A stretch of 64,000 bases of DNA from a virus (IMGVR_UViG_3300005573_001011:1-64000), one strand, 5' to 3'. Positions 39,188-48,658 are shown, numbered from the stretch's first letter. Notes: generated by a model from the sequence alone, not told the origin. Numbers and translations: made by a program.

Positions 39188-39828
39188 TGGTGCTCCTAAA
39201 TAAAGAATACGTCTCTAAAAAAATAAAAGAGCTTGGGTACTGGTATCAAACTATCGATATAAACGGAATAAAAACCACTACTCTAACATCTAGTGACGAA
39301 AATGTTTGGGGTCGAATTAGAACTTTTTTACCGAGCTCTTTGGAAGGAAAGCGAATACTAGATCTAGGATGTAATGCGGGACTGTATTCTATTAAATGTG
39401 CAGAGCTTGGAGCTGAGGTTATTGGCATAGAGGCATCGCCAAGGCACTATAGACAGGCTCTATTTGTCAAAGAATGTTTTGAGTCGTTATGGAACAAGCC
39501 GTTGAAAATAACGTATATTAATTCTGACATTTGTAAAGTCGATTTTTCGAAACTTGGAAAGTTCGATTACGTTTTAGCAATAGCTGTTTTATACCACATT
39601 GGTGTTTACAAAGGTTCTCCGCCAACGGAACGTTCTTATCAAGAACAGATAAGAGTTATTACAGAATTGTCTAAAATTACTAGTTATTTTATTTGTAGGT
39701 TTAAGTCTGCAAAACCGAAGTTTACGAAAGAATATTTCGACCCAATTTTTTCAAGAGTTGGCTTCTTCCAGAAGTCTTTTATAAATGAAGGGAAGAGGCA
39801 GTTAGTTCTTTATGGAAGAGGTAATTAA
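39187..39828 (+). CDS. Class I SAM-dependent methyltransferase
   Basis: WYQTI, ILDLGCNAG, FDYV...VLYH. Confidence 0.85.
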   Translation: MVLLNKEYVSKKIKELGYWYQTIDINGIKTTTLTSSDENVWGRIRTFLPSSLEGKRILDLGCNAGLYSIKCAELGAEVIGIEASPRHYRQALFVKECFESLWNKPLKITYINSDICKVDFSKLGKFDYVLAIAVLYHIGVYKGSPPTERSYQEQIRVITELSKITSYFICRFKSAKPKFTKEYFDPIFSRVGFFQKSFINEGKRQLVLYGRGN

Positions 39829-40417
39829 AAAGATCTTAGGAAAGAATGTTCTGAGTTTTAGAAAACTCCCTAGTAAGTCTAAGTTACTTTATTGCGTATC
39901 TCTTCCAGATAAAACTTTTAGGTTAGATTTACTGAACCCAAATCATTCTGAGTGGTATTTGAAGATAACTAACATCCAAAATTTTGCGAATGAGAATGGA
40001 ATTGAAGTTCCAAAAGTTCTTGAAACTGGGTTCGAAGGAAATTATTTTTATCGAGTTAGCGAGTGGATTTCAGGAGACATTGTATTTAATGTCCAGGAAT
40101 CTGACGAAGTAATCCTAAAATGTGGCGACGTTTTAGGAAGAATGAATAAAGTAAAAAATAGAGACAACTTGTTTGTAACGAACTCTGACTTTACAGGAAG
40201 AAACTTAGTTTGGACAAAAGATAAGAAAGTTTTTGCAGTTGACACGGACGCTATGAAGCTTGTTCCTGAGAAGAGTCTTGACATTACTGTTGTCAAATCT
40301 TTACTTACTTGGAAAATTAGTAAGAGACAGATTTTCCTATTTTTGTCTTCTTACTCTAAACATAGAGATGCTTCAAATATCTTAAAGATCGTAGAAGAAC
40401 GCAAGTGGAGATGGTAG
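39812..40417 (+). CDS. APH/choline-kinase-like phosphotransferase
   Basis: VPKV, SEWISG, NSDFTGRN (HxD-x4-N variant), AVD. Confidence 0.7.
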   Translation: MEEVIKKILGKNVLSFRKLPSKSKLLYCVSLPDKTFRLDLLNPNHSEWYLKITNIQNFANENGIEVPKVLETGFEGNYFYRVSEWISGDIVFNVQESDEVILKCGDVLGRMNKVKNRDNLFVTNSDFTGRNLVWTKDKKVFAVDTDAMKLVPEKSLDITVVKSLLTWKISKRQIFLFLSSYSKHRDASNILKIVEERKWRW

Positions 40418-40550
40418 TGGTATGAGAATCTTAAAAAAAAGAGCCGAGAGGCGTTTTAGAACAAATACTTAGGATAGACAAGACTGTACCATCGTCTAAG
40501 TTGCGGTAATCTCAAGTTTTTCTTTACTAAATGAGGTAGCAAACTAAAAA

Positions 40551-41270
40551 ATGTTTATGGAAAAGAGCTTGTCACAAAAGTTAAGTGAGTACTACGGGCA
40601 TAGCAAGCTTGTAGGAAGGATCGGCGAACCCTGGGAAGACGTTCCCTTCACTTATACTGGCGACACTGATTTCGTTACTCATTTTCCTATAATTCTGCCA
40701 AGTGGCCCGGATTTCGGTGGGACTTTATCTACTACTGATGTTGTTAGTACGAAAGTAGATAAAATAGACGAAGAAGTAGCAGAACAGGAAGAAGCAGGAG
40801 AAGAGGGTGAGACAGGTGATGTTTCGGGTGGGGCAGAGCCAGACGTATCTATGCTTAAAACTTACGGTCCTGGCAGCAACCTTCCAATTCCGGCACTTGA
40901 AGAACCAATGTCGGCTAAAATTGTCGGGAGAATCTTTGAGTTAAAAAAGATCTACTCAAGACTGCTTGCTATAGAGTCACAACTAACTGGAACTACTGAA
41001 AAGTTGCTTATGAGGCTAAAAGAATACATATCTAGAGCAATCGAGCTATTTGAGACTCTAGTTTCTAATATAAACTACTTCAAAGACCAAGTCGATGATA
41101 TTATTGTTGTTTTCTACGAGTTTTTAGATGCTGTTTATGCAGTTCTTAGAAAATACTACAAGAAGAAGATGAAGAAAGAAAAAATAGCTGCTACAAAGAA
41201 GATAGAAGATATACCGATCACTCGGGGAGGCGAGATACAGAGAGGTTTTGTTAAGGTAAAGGAGGCCTAA
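40551..41270 (+). CDS. Hypothetical head-module protein
   Basis: Acidic linker plus helical C-terminus, between portal and protease. Confidence 0.65.
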   Translation: MFMEKSLSQKLSEYYGHSKLVGRIGEPWEDVPFTYTGDTDFVTHFPIILPSGPDFGGTLSTTDVVSTKVDKIDEEVAEQEEAGEEGETGDVSGGAEPDVSMLKTYGPGSNLPIPALEEPMSAKIVGRIFELKKIYSRLLAIESQLTGTTEKLLMRLKEYISRAIELFETLVSNINYFKDQVDDIIVVFYEFLDAVYAVLRKYYKKKMKKEKIAATKKIEDIPITRGGEIQRGFVKVKEA

Positions 41271-41276
41271 AAACAG

Positions 41277-41942
41277 ATGCCTAAGTTCGTAATTGAGGGT
41301 GCTATTCTACAGGAAGCAGAAGTTGTAAAGAAAAAATACGACAAAGCTATATTTAGAATGGTCTTGCAAACTGCGGACGAAGTAAACCAAAATAAAAGAA
41401 TGTATCCCAAAGCCGTCCTCCAAGAAGCTATGCAAAAATGCGAAGAAAGGATTTCTCGAAGAGCAATGATTGGTGAACTTGACCATCCAGTTCCTAGTGG
41501 GAATGAAGATTTCGATAGTATTAGACAGACTACTGTCCTTCTAAAAGAAGCTTCTCACTTACTAAGAGCTTACGAGTGGAGAAACAATTTGCTAGTTGGG
41601 GAACTCGAAACTACTAATACACCAAATGGCAAGATTCTTCTTGGTTTATTGACGGACAGGTCCGGAATTGGTCTTTCTATGAGGGGTATGGCAGAGCTGC
41701 AGAGAAAGAACGATATAAGCATTGTGACTTCACCATTACTAATAATTACGTACGACGCAGTATCTTTGCCATCTCATAAGTCTGCTGTTGTCGACTTTAA
41801 CGAGTGCAAGTTTGAAGCTAGCATGATAACAGAAAGCGAGTGCGGAACTATATGTACGCCAGATGGTGTCTGCTATCTAGCTTCTTATTTTGACATGCTT
41901 GTAGAACGCAAGATGGTCCAGTTTTTTGACAGATGGGTGTAA
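41277..41942 (+). CDS. Prohead core protease (T4 gp21-like)
   Basis: NQNKRMY, GELDHP, SH, TPNG, GLSMRG, YDAVSLPS. Confidence 0.92.
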   Translation: MPKFVIEGAILQEAEVVKKKYDKAIFRMVLQTADEVNQNKRMYPKAVLQEAMQKCEERISRRAMIGELDHPVPSGNEDFDSIRQTTVLLKEASHLLRAYEWRNNLLVGELETTNTPNGKILLGLLTDRSGIGLSMRGMAELQRKNDISIVTSPLLIITYDAVSLPSHKSAVVDFNECKFEASMITESECGTICTPDGVCYLASYFDMLVERKMVQFFDRWV

Positions 41943-41982
41943 GAGCAAGTCTGAGTTAGCAGATGCAGTCAGACAATAATAC

Positions 41983-42020
41983 AGATCCAGTCTATTTTTC
42001 CTTAGACTGGATCTTTTTTT
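41983..42020 (+). terminator. Intrinsic terminator
   Basis: Perfect 12-bp stem agatccagtcta/tagactggatct followed by a T-run. Confidence 0.85.
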
Positions 42021-42034
42021 GGTGAGGGTGAAGT

Positions 42035-42331
42035 ATGAAAGTAACAGAACTAGACGGCTCAATTAAGCTAGAACATATTCAAAAGAATGAAGATCTACTA
42101 CGAAGAATAGTTCCAAGACTTAAGCGGCTTAGTAGCAAGCTTTCTTTTTCTGCTTCGAGTCGTAAGCAAGAAGAGCGGTTAAGACAGCTTGAGCAAAAGC
42201 TAGTTAAGCAAAAAGAGTTACTCTCAGAAGCTCTTCGCTTGAAAAACGAGTTCGATAATCGTATCCAGTTTTTCGAAAACGAAAACAGAAGCGTTAAAGA
42301 GAAGCTGCTAGAAGAGATAGGTGAAGTATGA
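42035..42331 (+). CDS. Coiled-coil hypothetical protein
   Basis: 98 aa with ATGA coupling to the next gene. Confidence 0.6.
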   Translation: MKVTELDGSIKLEHIQKNEDLLRRIVPRLKRLSSKLSFSASSRKQEERLRQLEQKLVKQKELLSEALRLKNEFDNRIQFFENENRSVKEKLLEEIGEV

Positions 42332-42723
42332 AAATAGCGGAAACTTGTATACTAGACATCTCTGAAGATGTAGCTAAAGAAAAAGTAGCTCTTGCTAATG
42401 ACGTTATAAAGTTAGTTGGACCAATCTTAAGAGAAGATTTTTTACTTAGAAGCAAGAGAATACGAGAAGTTAAGAAAGAAATTGTCTCAGTCAAGAAACA
42501 ATTGCAAGAAACTAAAAATGCGTTAGAGACTATCGCAAAAGAGTACAAGAGAAGGAAGAAAGTTAGAGAAGTATTGCAGTGGATAGAAAAACTTCCGTTA
42601 AAGTCAGTAAGTAAGTCTTTAAGAAACGAACTTGTAGTTCTCTTAAAAGTAGTAGAGACTATGAGTGAAGATAAGTTAGATCGTTACTTAGCTAGGACAA
42701 GAAGCTTTGCAACAAAAAACTAA
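42328..42723 (+). CDS. Coiled-coil hypothetical protein
   Basis: 131 aa, directly upstream of the capsid gene. Confidence 0.6.
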   Translation: MKIAETCILDISEDVAKEKVALANDVIKLVGPILREDFLLRSKRIREVKKEIVSVKKQLQETKNALETIAKEYKRRKKVREVLQWIEKLPLKSVSKSLRNELVVLLKVVETMSEDKLDRYLARTRSFATKN

Positions 42724-42749
42724 AAAAAGAAAGGAGGGGAGAAAAAAGT

Positions 42750-44198
42750 ATGAAGGAAATTCTTATTGAGGCTTACAAGGCTACGAAGAAAGTTTCTGGT
42801 GTTGATCCTTCGAAACCCGGCAATTTAAAGCTCATCCTCACTGACGATGCTGCTTGGAATGCTTACGTCGCCAGTTTAGCGGAGAGCTTGCCGCAGAAGA
42901 GGGACAAAGAAATCTTCACGCAGCTGGCTGAGAATACTCGAGTAGCCTTAATGGAAAACTCGATGTTCCAGATCAATCCATACGAAACCTTGACTCTGCC
43001 TATTTTGAGAGTCTTCTATCCGAAGCTCGTTGCTAAAGAGGCGATCACGGTTTCTCCTATGGATAAACCCGAATGCGTGAAAGCTTTCATTAAGGCTTCG
43101 TTTATGCCAGCGAACAGTTCTACCGAATATGCCGCACCAGTTACTTCTACTGACATTTCTGGTGGGCCAGCTTTTGGAACTCCAGTAGCTGCTACTATTC
43201 CAGTTCCGTCTGATTCTTACGACATTCTGACAACTGCTGGTCTTACGTCCACAAGCACTCACTTAGAAAGAGACTTCGAAATTACTGCTGTTTCCGCTGA
43301 CGGGACAGCTTTCACCGAAGTTTCTATCGTTCCAGCAGTAGAAGGACACTTCTCATCTTCGGTTACTATTGGTGCGAACACGGACGTGATCTCTGGTCGT
43401 GTAGACTACTTGAATGGCACAGTGTCAATTTCTAGTGCGACTGGGGTAGTGACTGTTGTGAGATTTAGAGTGACTTGTTCTCTCGAAGAAAATAGGATCA
43501 ACCCAAGGGTGAAATTAACTGTAGACAAAGTTCGTCTGTATGCCAAAGATCGCCAGATCTCCGCTCATTGGAGCATCAATATGGAGCAAGATATGCGAGC
43601 TCTATTTGATGTTTCTATGCAGGCTGAGATCGTAAACCTGCTTGGGCAGCAGATTGCTTTGGACATTGACAGGGAATTAGTAAACGCTTTAATTACTGCG
43701 AACCAGAGATTAAACGCTGCTTCTCACACTGGTTCGTTCTCGAGAACTCCGCCTGGGACTTACGTCTGGGGAACCAAGTACTGGCATGAAAACATCATTC
43801 CGGTACTGAACACTCTGTCTGCTCAGATCTACACTGACACCAATATTGAGGCTGGTAATACCATCCTCTGCAATCCAATTGATGCTGCTATTCTGGAAGA
43901 CATCAATGGATTTGCTTATACTGGGACGTCAAGTGTGGATGGCGACTTGGGGTACAGAACTGCTACAGTGGCTGGTGGGAAATGGAGAGTGTTGACCTCT
44001 GCCGTTGTTCCTCAGAATACAATGGTAGTGGTGTATAAGCCAGTAGAAGAAATTAAGGCTATATTCTTCTATGCTCCGTATGTACCAGCCGTGTTGCACC
44101 CATATCCTTTAACTTACATTCCCACGCTGACGATTTTGTCCCGTTATGCTACTGCTTTGGTCCGGAATAACGGGATTGCTGTTCTGAACATAACATAA
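42750..44198 (+). CDS. Major capsid protein (T4 gp23-like)
   Basis: LPILRVFYPKL, V.PM..P, RQISAHWSINMEQD, QIALDIDRE, YAPYVP, SRYA. Strong RBS. Confidence 0.93.
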   Translation: MKEILIEAYKATKKVSGVDPSKPGNLKLILTDDAAWNAYVASLAESLPQKRDKEIFTQLAENTRVALMENSMFQINPYETLTLPILRVFYPKLVAKEAITVSPMDKPECVKAFIKASFMPANSSTEYAAPVTSTDISGGPAFGTPVAATIPVPSDSYDILTTAGLTSTSTHLERDFEITAVSADGTAFTEVSIVPAVEGHFSSSVTIGANTDVISGRVDYLNGTVSISSATGVVTVVRFRVTCSLEENRINPRVKLTVDKVRLYAKDRQISAHWSINMEQDMRALFDVSMQAEIVNLLGQQIALDIDRELVNALITANQRLNAASHTGSFSRTPPGTYVWGTKYWHENIIPVLNTLSAQIYTDTNIEAGNTILCNPIDAAILEDINGFAYTGTSSVDGDLGYRTATVAGGKWRVLTSAVVPQNTMVVVYKPVEEIKAIFFYAPYVPAVLHPYPLTYIPTLTILSRYATALVRNNGIAVLNIT

Positions 44199-44219
44199 TC
44201 GTCGGAAGTGGCAAAAAAT

Positions 44220-44256
44220 AAAGACCCAGGGACTTAAATCCTTGGGTCTTTTTTTT
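44220..44256. terminator. Bidirectional intrinsic terminator
   Basis: aaagacccaggga-cttaaa-tccttgggtcttt with flanking A and T tracts, between convergent genes. Confidence 0.85.
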
Positions 44257-44269
44257 CGGCTCGTTTAAG

Positions 44270-46192
44270 CTATTCTTGTTTATCTACTTGCAAATCTTTA
44301 TTCTTAAGCACAAACTTTAGATTGCCACAATCCCAAATTATTTGGTAGCCTTCGTTTACTCGCAAAACACGTTCTGGGATATCTGCTGGTTCACCAGGCT
44401 TCTTTCTGAGATTGAAACGATGGACTCTTTGGTATCCCTTTACATACCAGTAGTTAAGTCTCGGTTTACCGTCTGTCTCAAAACCGAGATCTGTATACAA
44501 GTTTCCAGTAAACCATCTTAGGTCTGCGTAGCTATAGATTTCTCTCCAACTGTAGTTTTCTTTAAAGTAAGTTAGAAGTTTGCTCGCTACTCCTGGAGTT
44601 CTGTAGTTGTAGTCAGAACAGAACCGAGAGAGTTCCCAAATTCCTTCTTGTGCTGTAGTTCCCTTTGCTACGCTTCCTTTACTAAAAGTCATTACCGCTA
44701 CGAGTCTGTCTTTGTAGAGAGCACCGAGTCTGACGAGAGAAATGTCGCTTCCCTGTAAATGAAATTTTTCGAGGAATTCGTTCTTCGTTTTTGTGTCTAT
44801 CGGCCTTATCGTACACTCTCTTCCACTGGCTCTTTCGAGTGTTTCTTGTTTATTTAGTATCTGTCTTATTCTACTACAGACGATATCTCGTTTAAACATC
44901 CACTCGTCTTCGAAAAGAGTTATAAGTCGTATACCTTTTTCTTCGCATCTCTTTAACTTGTTATAGTGGTATACTTTTGGCTTTTTCTCTTCACTATGGA
45001 AGTACAGACCACAGTATTCGATTGCTACTGAAACACTTGGAATGAAGATGTCAATCTCAAAAGGTGGTATAGTACTCCTGTCTCTTGTAATTACTTGGAA
45101 GCCAAGGCTCTCTACGTAGTTAGCTACTTCTTTTTCTCCGGAAGTGTATCCCTGGTTTCTCGGGTAGCACGTTGGGCACAAGTACCCTTGTTGGATAGAG
45201 TTCCACGTCTGAGCAAATGCTGTGCCACACTTCTTACACTTAAAGTTGTGTCTAGTGTGTGCATTTACGTACTTTTCGTCAGCAAGTTCTAAGTTTAAGT
45301 ATTCGAGTTGCTTGTAGATGCTGGGCAAAAAATAATTTTGAGCTCTTTCTCTTAGCTTGTTTCTGTATTCTTCTTTATTCCACTTACTATTTGGGTCTTT
45401 CCATAGCTGCTTCATTTTTTCTTTGAACTCTTTGCTTTTTGTCTTCTGTCTGGGATGGCAAACTTCGCACTTGTATCCAAGATGTATAGCACGCCAACTT
45501 TTCACGAATGTAGTGCCACACTTCTTGCACTTGAACTGGTGTTTTGCAGATGCACCCAGAAACTCTTTATCTATAAGTTCTAGCTCTAAACTTTCTAGCT
45601 TCTGCATTAACTTTGGAATAAACTTCTTTATGTAAGAGTTTCTGTACTTTTTAGCGAACTCTTTCCTGTCTAAGTTTTCTAGCCTCTTTTCTCTAGACTT
45701 CTTAGCCACTTCTTCATTCATCATGGCAACAGGCACACCAAATCTCTTTAGAACTGTTTCTTTCCTTTTTTCTGCAATTATCCGTCTTTCTTCTTCTGTT
45801 TTCTGCAACCACCTTTGCCGTCTCTTTTCTACAACACTTGGATCGTGGCTTGGATTTAACTGTCCCTTTTCTGCTCGTTCTTTAGCTCTAGCTTGGTTAA
45901 GACTTAGCAAGCCCTTGCTCTTACACTCGTAGCAAGCGTTTCCAGAGTTAGAACAATTAATATTTACTTCAATATCTGCATTGCAATACATGCATTTTAC
46001 AATTTTAGTCGTGTTTTCTTTAGCTTTTTTGTCAGACTTTAGTTGTTCAATAACGAAGTCTGGTTTAGTCTTCCATCCTGGGAATTCGTCCTTCAGGTCG
46101 TCGATTGTTTTGTCATGCTTAGACAAGTGTTTGTGGTGTATAGTTTTAAGTCTCTCACCACAGTACGGACACGTTACGAAATCTTCTGGCAT
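44270..46192 (-). CDS. Homing-endonuclease-like protein: multiple Zn ribbons + PD-(D/E)xK/Vsr-like nuclease + GNAT-like C-terminus
   Basis: Repeated CxxC, EIDIFIP..AIEYCGLYFH, IRLITLFEDEW, WELSRFC, SYADLRW, IWDCG. Confidence 0.75.
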   Translation of the reverse strand: MPEDFVTCPYCGERLKTIHHKHLSKHDKTIDDLKDEFPGWKTKPDFVIEQLKSDKKAKENTTKIVKCMYCNADIEVNINCSNSGNACYECKSKGLLSLNQARAKERAEKGQLNPSHDPSVVEKRRQRWLQKTEEERRIIAEKRKETVLKRFGVPVAMMNEEVAKKSREKRLENLDRKEFAKKYRNSYIKKFIPKLMQKLESLELELIDKEFLGASAKHQFKCKKCGTTFVKSWRAIHLGYKCEVCHPRQKTKSKEFKEKMKQLWKDPNSKWNKEEYRNKLRERAQNYFLPSIYKQLEYLNLELADEKYVNAHTRHNFKCKKCGTAFAQTWNSIQQGYLCPTCYPRNQGYTSGEKEVANYVESLGFQVITRDRSTIPPFEIDIFIPSVSVAIEYCGLYFHSEEKKPKVYHYNKLKRCEEKGIRLITLFEDEWMFKRDIVCSRIRQILNKQETLERASGRECTIRPIDTKTKNEFLEKFHLQGSDISLVRLGALYKDRLVAVMTFSKGSVAKGTTAQEGIWELSRFCSDYNYRTPGVASKLLTYFKENYSWREIYSYADLRWFTGNLYTDLGFETDGKPRLNYWYVKGYQRVHRFNLRKKPGEPADIPERVLRVNEGYQIIWDCGNLKFVLKNKDLQVDKQE

Positions 46193-46299
46193 TCATTTTT
46201 CCTCAATTTTTTGTTCCTGTTTTTTGCCGTTATGCTTATGGCAGTTCTTCCAAATTGGTTTTGTGCTTGTTTTAACCTCACATAATAAAAAAAGAAAAA

Positions 46300-46327
46300 G
46301 AAAAACCCCGGGTTCGGGGTTTTTTTT
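46300..46327. terminator. Bidirectional hairpin terminator
   Basis: aaaaaccccg-ggtt-cggggttttt. Confidence 0.8.
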
Positions 46328-46364
46328 AACTGTTCCAATCCGTCAATTTCACTAGTGGAAGAAC

Positions 46365-46547
46365 TTATTCCTTTTTCTCCTTTTCCTCCTTTTCTTTATT
46401 TCCAATATAGTCCCAGTCGCTAAAGCAACTAGGGCAGGTGATTGTTCCACGATCTTTCCACGGGATCTTTTCTGTATACTTATACAAGATCCCGTCCACA
46501 AAGGCGTGCTCTTGACTACCGCAGCACCAGAACTCAAACTTTCTCAT
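46365..46547 (-). CDS. Small Cys-containing hypothetical protein
   Basis: AGGAGG RBS; WCCG...CPSC. Confidence 0.6.
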   Translation of the reverse strand: MRKFEFWCCGSQEHAFVDGILYKYTEKIPWKDRGTITCPSCFSDWDYIGNKEKEEKEKKE

Positions 46548-46878
46548 TTTTTCTTACCTCCTTTCTTATGAGCCTGGTCACAGCAACGATTCTCCCTTGA
46601 TCGTCCCGGATGCACGTCTTTCCTGTGTCCGGGGCAACCAGGTCCTCCCTTTCGCTCGCCTGGAATACAAGCGAGCTCACCAGGAAGAAAGTCCCAGGTT
46701 CAGGATCAGGTAATCCCTGCACTTCGCCCAATCTCTGGGTAACGCAAGGGATTCCGTCAATCCCTTCCGCTGGAACCTCAATCGTTGCTACACGCGGGAT
46801 GATCCCGCTTGGAGGAAAAACTAATTCCTTTTCTCCTATCTTAATAATAATAGAATGTGGTGTACAATTTATCATCAT
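46534..46878 (-). CDS. Conserved phage 'N(L/C)TPH' family protein
   Basis: INCTPH...PPSG..RV...GLP....GT..LVS......R.DL..P...RDDQGRI. Strong RBS. Confidence 0.75.
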   Translation of the reverse strand: MMINCTPHSIIIKIGEKELVFPPSGIIPRVATIEVPAEGIDGIPCVTQRLGEVQGLPDPEPGTFFLVSSLVFQASEREDLVAPDTGKTCIRDDQGRIVAVTRLIRKEVRKNEKV

Positions 46879-46947
46879 TTTCTGCCTCCTTTTCTTTTAT
46901 TTTTCTAAATAGAAATATAGCAAAACTCACTTTTTGTAAGAAGCTAA
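46876..46947 (-). repeat. Promoter/RBS module, near-identical to 57417-57490
   Basis: cattttctgcctcctttt...atttttctaaatagaaatatagcaaaactcactttttgtaagaagctaa is shared, with a 4-bp TATA deletion here. Confidence 0.85.
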
Positions 46948-47018
46948 CCATGATTTGTCAGTGGCACAAGGTTGCGCCCATTATTTTTGACCACCTTATA
47001 ACAGTATTTCGTTGTCAT
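46944..47018 (-). pseudogene. Probably truncated 24-aa ORF ending inside the repeated promoter module
   Basis: MTTKYCYKVVKNNGRNLVPLTNHG*, with the same AAGGAGGCAGAAAATG start. The stop lies in the module edge. Confidence 0.4.
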
Positions 47019-47058
47019 TTTCTGCCTCCTTTTTGCTTCTGATGTCTTTATTTGCTCC

Positions 47059-47397
47059 TCAATTTCTCTCTTGATTCTGTAATAATTCTATAAATTTACT
47101 TGCTGTTATGTTTATTTCTTTATAAGTGCTCCTACTTTCTTGTCTTAGTCTAATTCTTTCGACTGCACGGGGATTGCCCCCGACAACCGTGATTCCGAAC
47201 TTTCTATACTTCGGATTGGCAAAATCAAAGAACCACACATTGTTTTCGAATATATTGTTTGTAACTTCCTCCCCAGCGAATATCTCTGCAGCTTCTCTTG
47301 GAGAACCTGCTTCGATTTCACTGAAGCAAAGGGGATATGTATACTGACCAACTTGACTGTGCTAACAACACATATTTAACTCTACAATATATTTCAT
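47059..47397 (-). pseudogene. 112-codon ORF interrupted by an in-frame TAG at codon 12
   Basis: MKYIVELNMCC*HSQVGQYTYPLCFSEIEAGSPREAAEIF...QERN. AAGGAGG RBS. TAG at 47362-47364. Confidence 0.6.
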
Positions 47398-47494
47398 TTT
47401 TTGCCTCCTTATTTACATGCAACTTTTTGTGCCAACAGTTGTGCTTGTTTTAACCCTACACGCACCCCCAGGATTATCTTCGAAGCATCCAACA

Positions 47495-47740
47495 TTAGCT
47501 TGCTGACAATTCTTCATCAGCTGCTTTCGGTGTTTCTGCTGGGGTCACTGCGTTTGCTATATCTGTTGGATTTACGGCATTCCGGATATATTCTTGTTCG
47601 ACACCACTTGGATCCTTGTGGTATCGGACTAGTTCGTATGCAACTGTTCGGATATCCGTAAACACAACTTCTTGGCATCCGACAGTTACCAAGAACCCAT
47701 TTAGTACCGGCTTTATTGTTATTCTTTTTATTCTGTTCAT
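47495..47740 (-). CDS. Small hypothetical protein
   Basis: AAGGAG RBS; NGFLVTVGCQEVVF. Confidence 0.7.
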   Translation of the reverse strand: MNRIKRITIKPVLNGFLVTVGCQEVVFTDIRTVAYELVRYHKDPSGVEQEYIRNAVNPTDIANAVTPAETPKAADEELSAS

Positions 47741-47829
47741 TTAATTATTATCTCCTTTCTTGGTTTTTGGCATTTATTTTTCTCTTAGACATCCTTTCCA
47801 GACTTTAAAGGGAGGGGCAAACTTCTTCG

Positions 47830-48021
47830 TTATCTCTGCCCTCCTTCCAATTGGTTAGTCAGCTTGTTCCGTGATTTACAATACTGCTTTATCCTCATTT
47901 CTACTTTTTTTCGACATCTATCACACATTCCGTACGTTATTGCGGGTCCGTCATGGTTTTCCCATACGCTCGCTTCGACGACTTTATTGCAGTGAACGCA
48001 TCTTTTTACTTTAGTCTCCAT
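47830..48021 (-). CDS. Small Zn-binding protein
   Basis: CVHC...GMCDRC, with AGGAGG RBS. Confidence 0.7.
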   Translation of the reverse strand: METKVKRCVHCNKVVEASVWENHDGPAITYGMCDRCRKKVEMRIKQYCKSRNKLTNQLEGGQR

Positions 48022-48023
48022 TT

Positions 48024-48323
48024 TTAACTCCTCCTTTCGCTGTAAGTAAATTCTTGATTTTTTAGAGGCTGAACCTCATAGTAGACTATCTCTAAGGTGC
48101 TTCTTCCGCACTTTGGGCAAACTCGTGATGTAGGTGCCTCATGAAGCGATTTTTCGAAAGTACATGTGCGGCACAATACTACGAAGACTTGTTTCTGCTT
48201 TTTCTCCTGTTCCTCTAACTCGCGTATTGCATCGCTTAGAGTTTCTTTCGCAAGTTTGACGTTGCCTTTTTCCAGCAGGAATAGTAGCAGCCGGAACAAT
48301 GAAAGCATAGGTGTCTTAGGCAT
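48024..48323 (-). CDS. Small Zn-ribbon protein
   Basis: Start MPKTP after AAGGAG; CRTC...CPKCG. Confidence 0.65.
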   Translation of the reverse strand: MPKTPMLSLFRLLLFLLEKGNVKLAKETLSDAIRELEEQEKKQKQVFVVLCRTCTFEKSLHEAPTSRVCPKCGRSTLEIVYYEVQPLKNQEFTYSERRS

Positions 48324-48324
48324 C

Positions 48325-48576
48325 TTAGTCTCCTTCGTGGTGTTTGAGAGTGGCTGCCGAAGTTGGGTCGAGCTCAGCAAGCTGCTTTTTGAGTTTACGG
48401 ATACGAACTTCTTTCGACCCTTTGGAAATGATGTAGTATAATACACCAATGAAGCCGACAAGAAGCCCTACCGCAAGGGCAATCCACTCGTTTTTACCCT
48501 TGCTCTTAGCGATCCCAAAACAAATGAGACCGCATGCAACCCACGTTACCAAAAGTCCTACTGTCCCGTTGTCCAT
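48325..48576 (-). CDS. Small two-TM membrane protein
   Basis: Two hydrophobic segments around IAKSKGKN, with AGGAGG RBS. Confidence 0.75.
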   Translation of the reverse strand: MDNGTVGLLVTWVACGLICFGIAKSKGKNEWIALAVGLLVGFIGVLYYIISKGSKEVRIRKLKKQLAELDPTSAATLKHHEGD

Positions 48577-48658
48577 TGTTTCCTCCTTTTTTAGTTTTTT
48601 TTGCCTTGCATATTTAAAACTAAAAGTTTACTTTTTCGTTTTTTTTACACTCGTTAAG

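Noticed and set aside
40418-40550. Intergenic gap checked for tRNA or ncRNA
   Set aside because: No cloverleaf or T-loop consensus; only a GAACAAA motif.
46534-46878. Possible anti-CRISPR ring nuclease (DUF1874)
   Set aside because: It lacks the recognisable GH-x-ST motif. It fits a different small phage family and no function can be supported.
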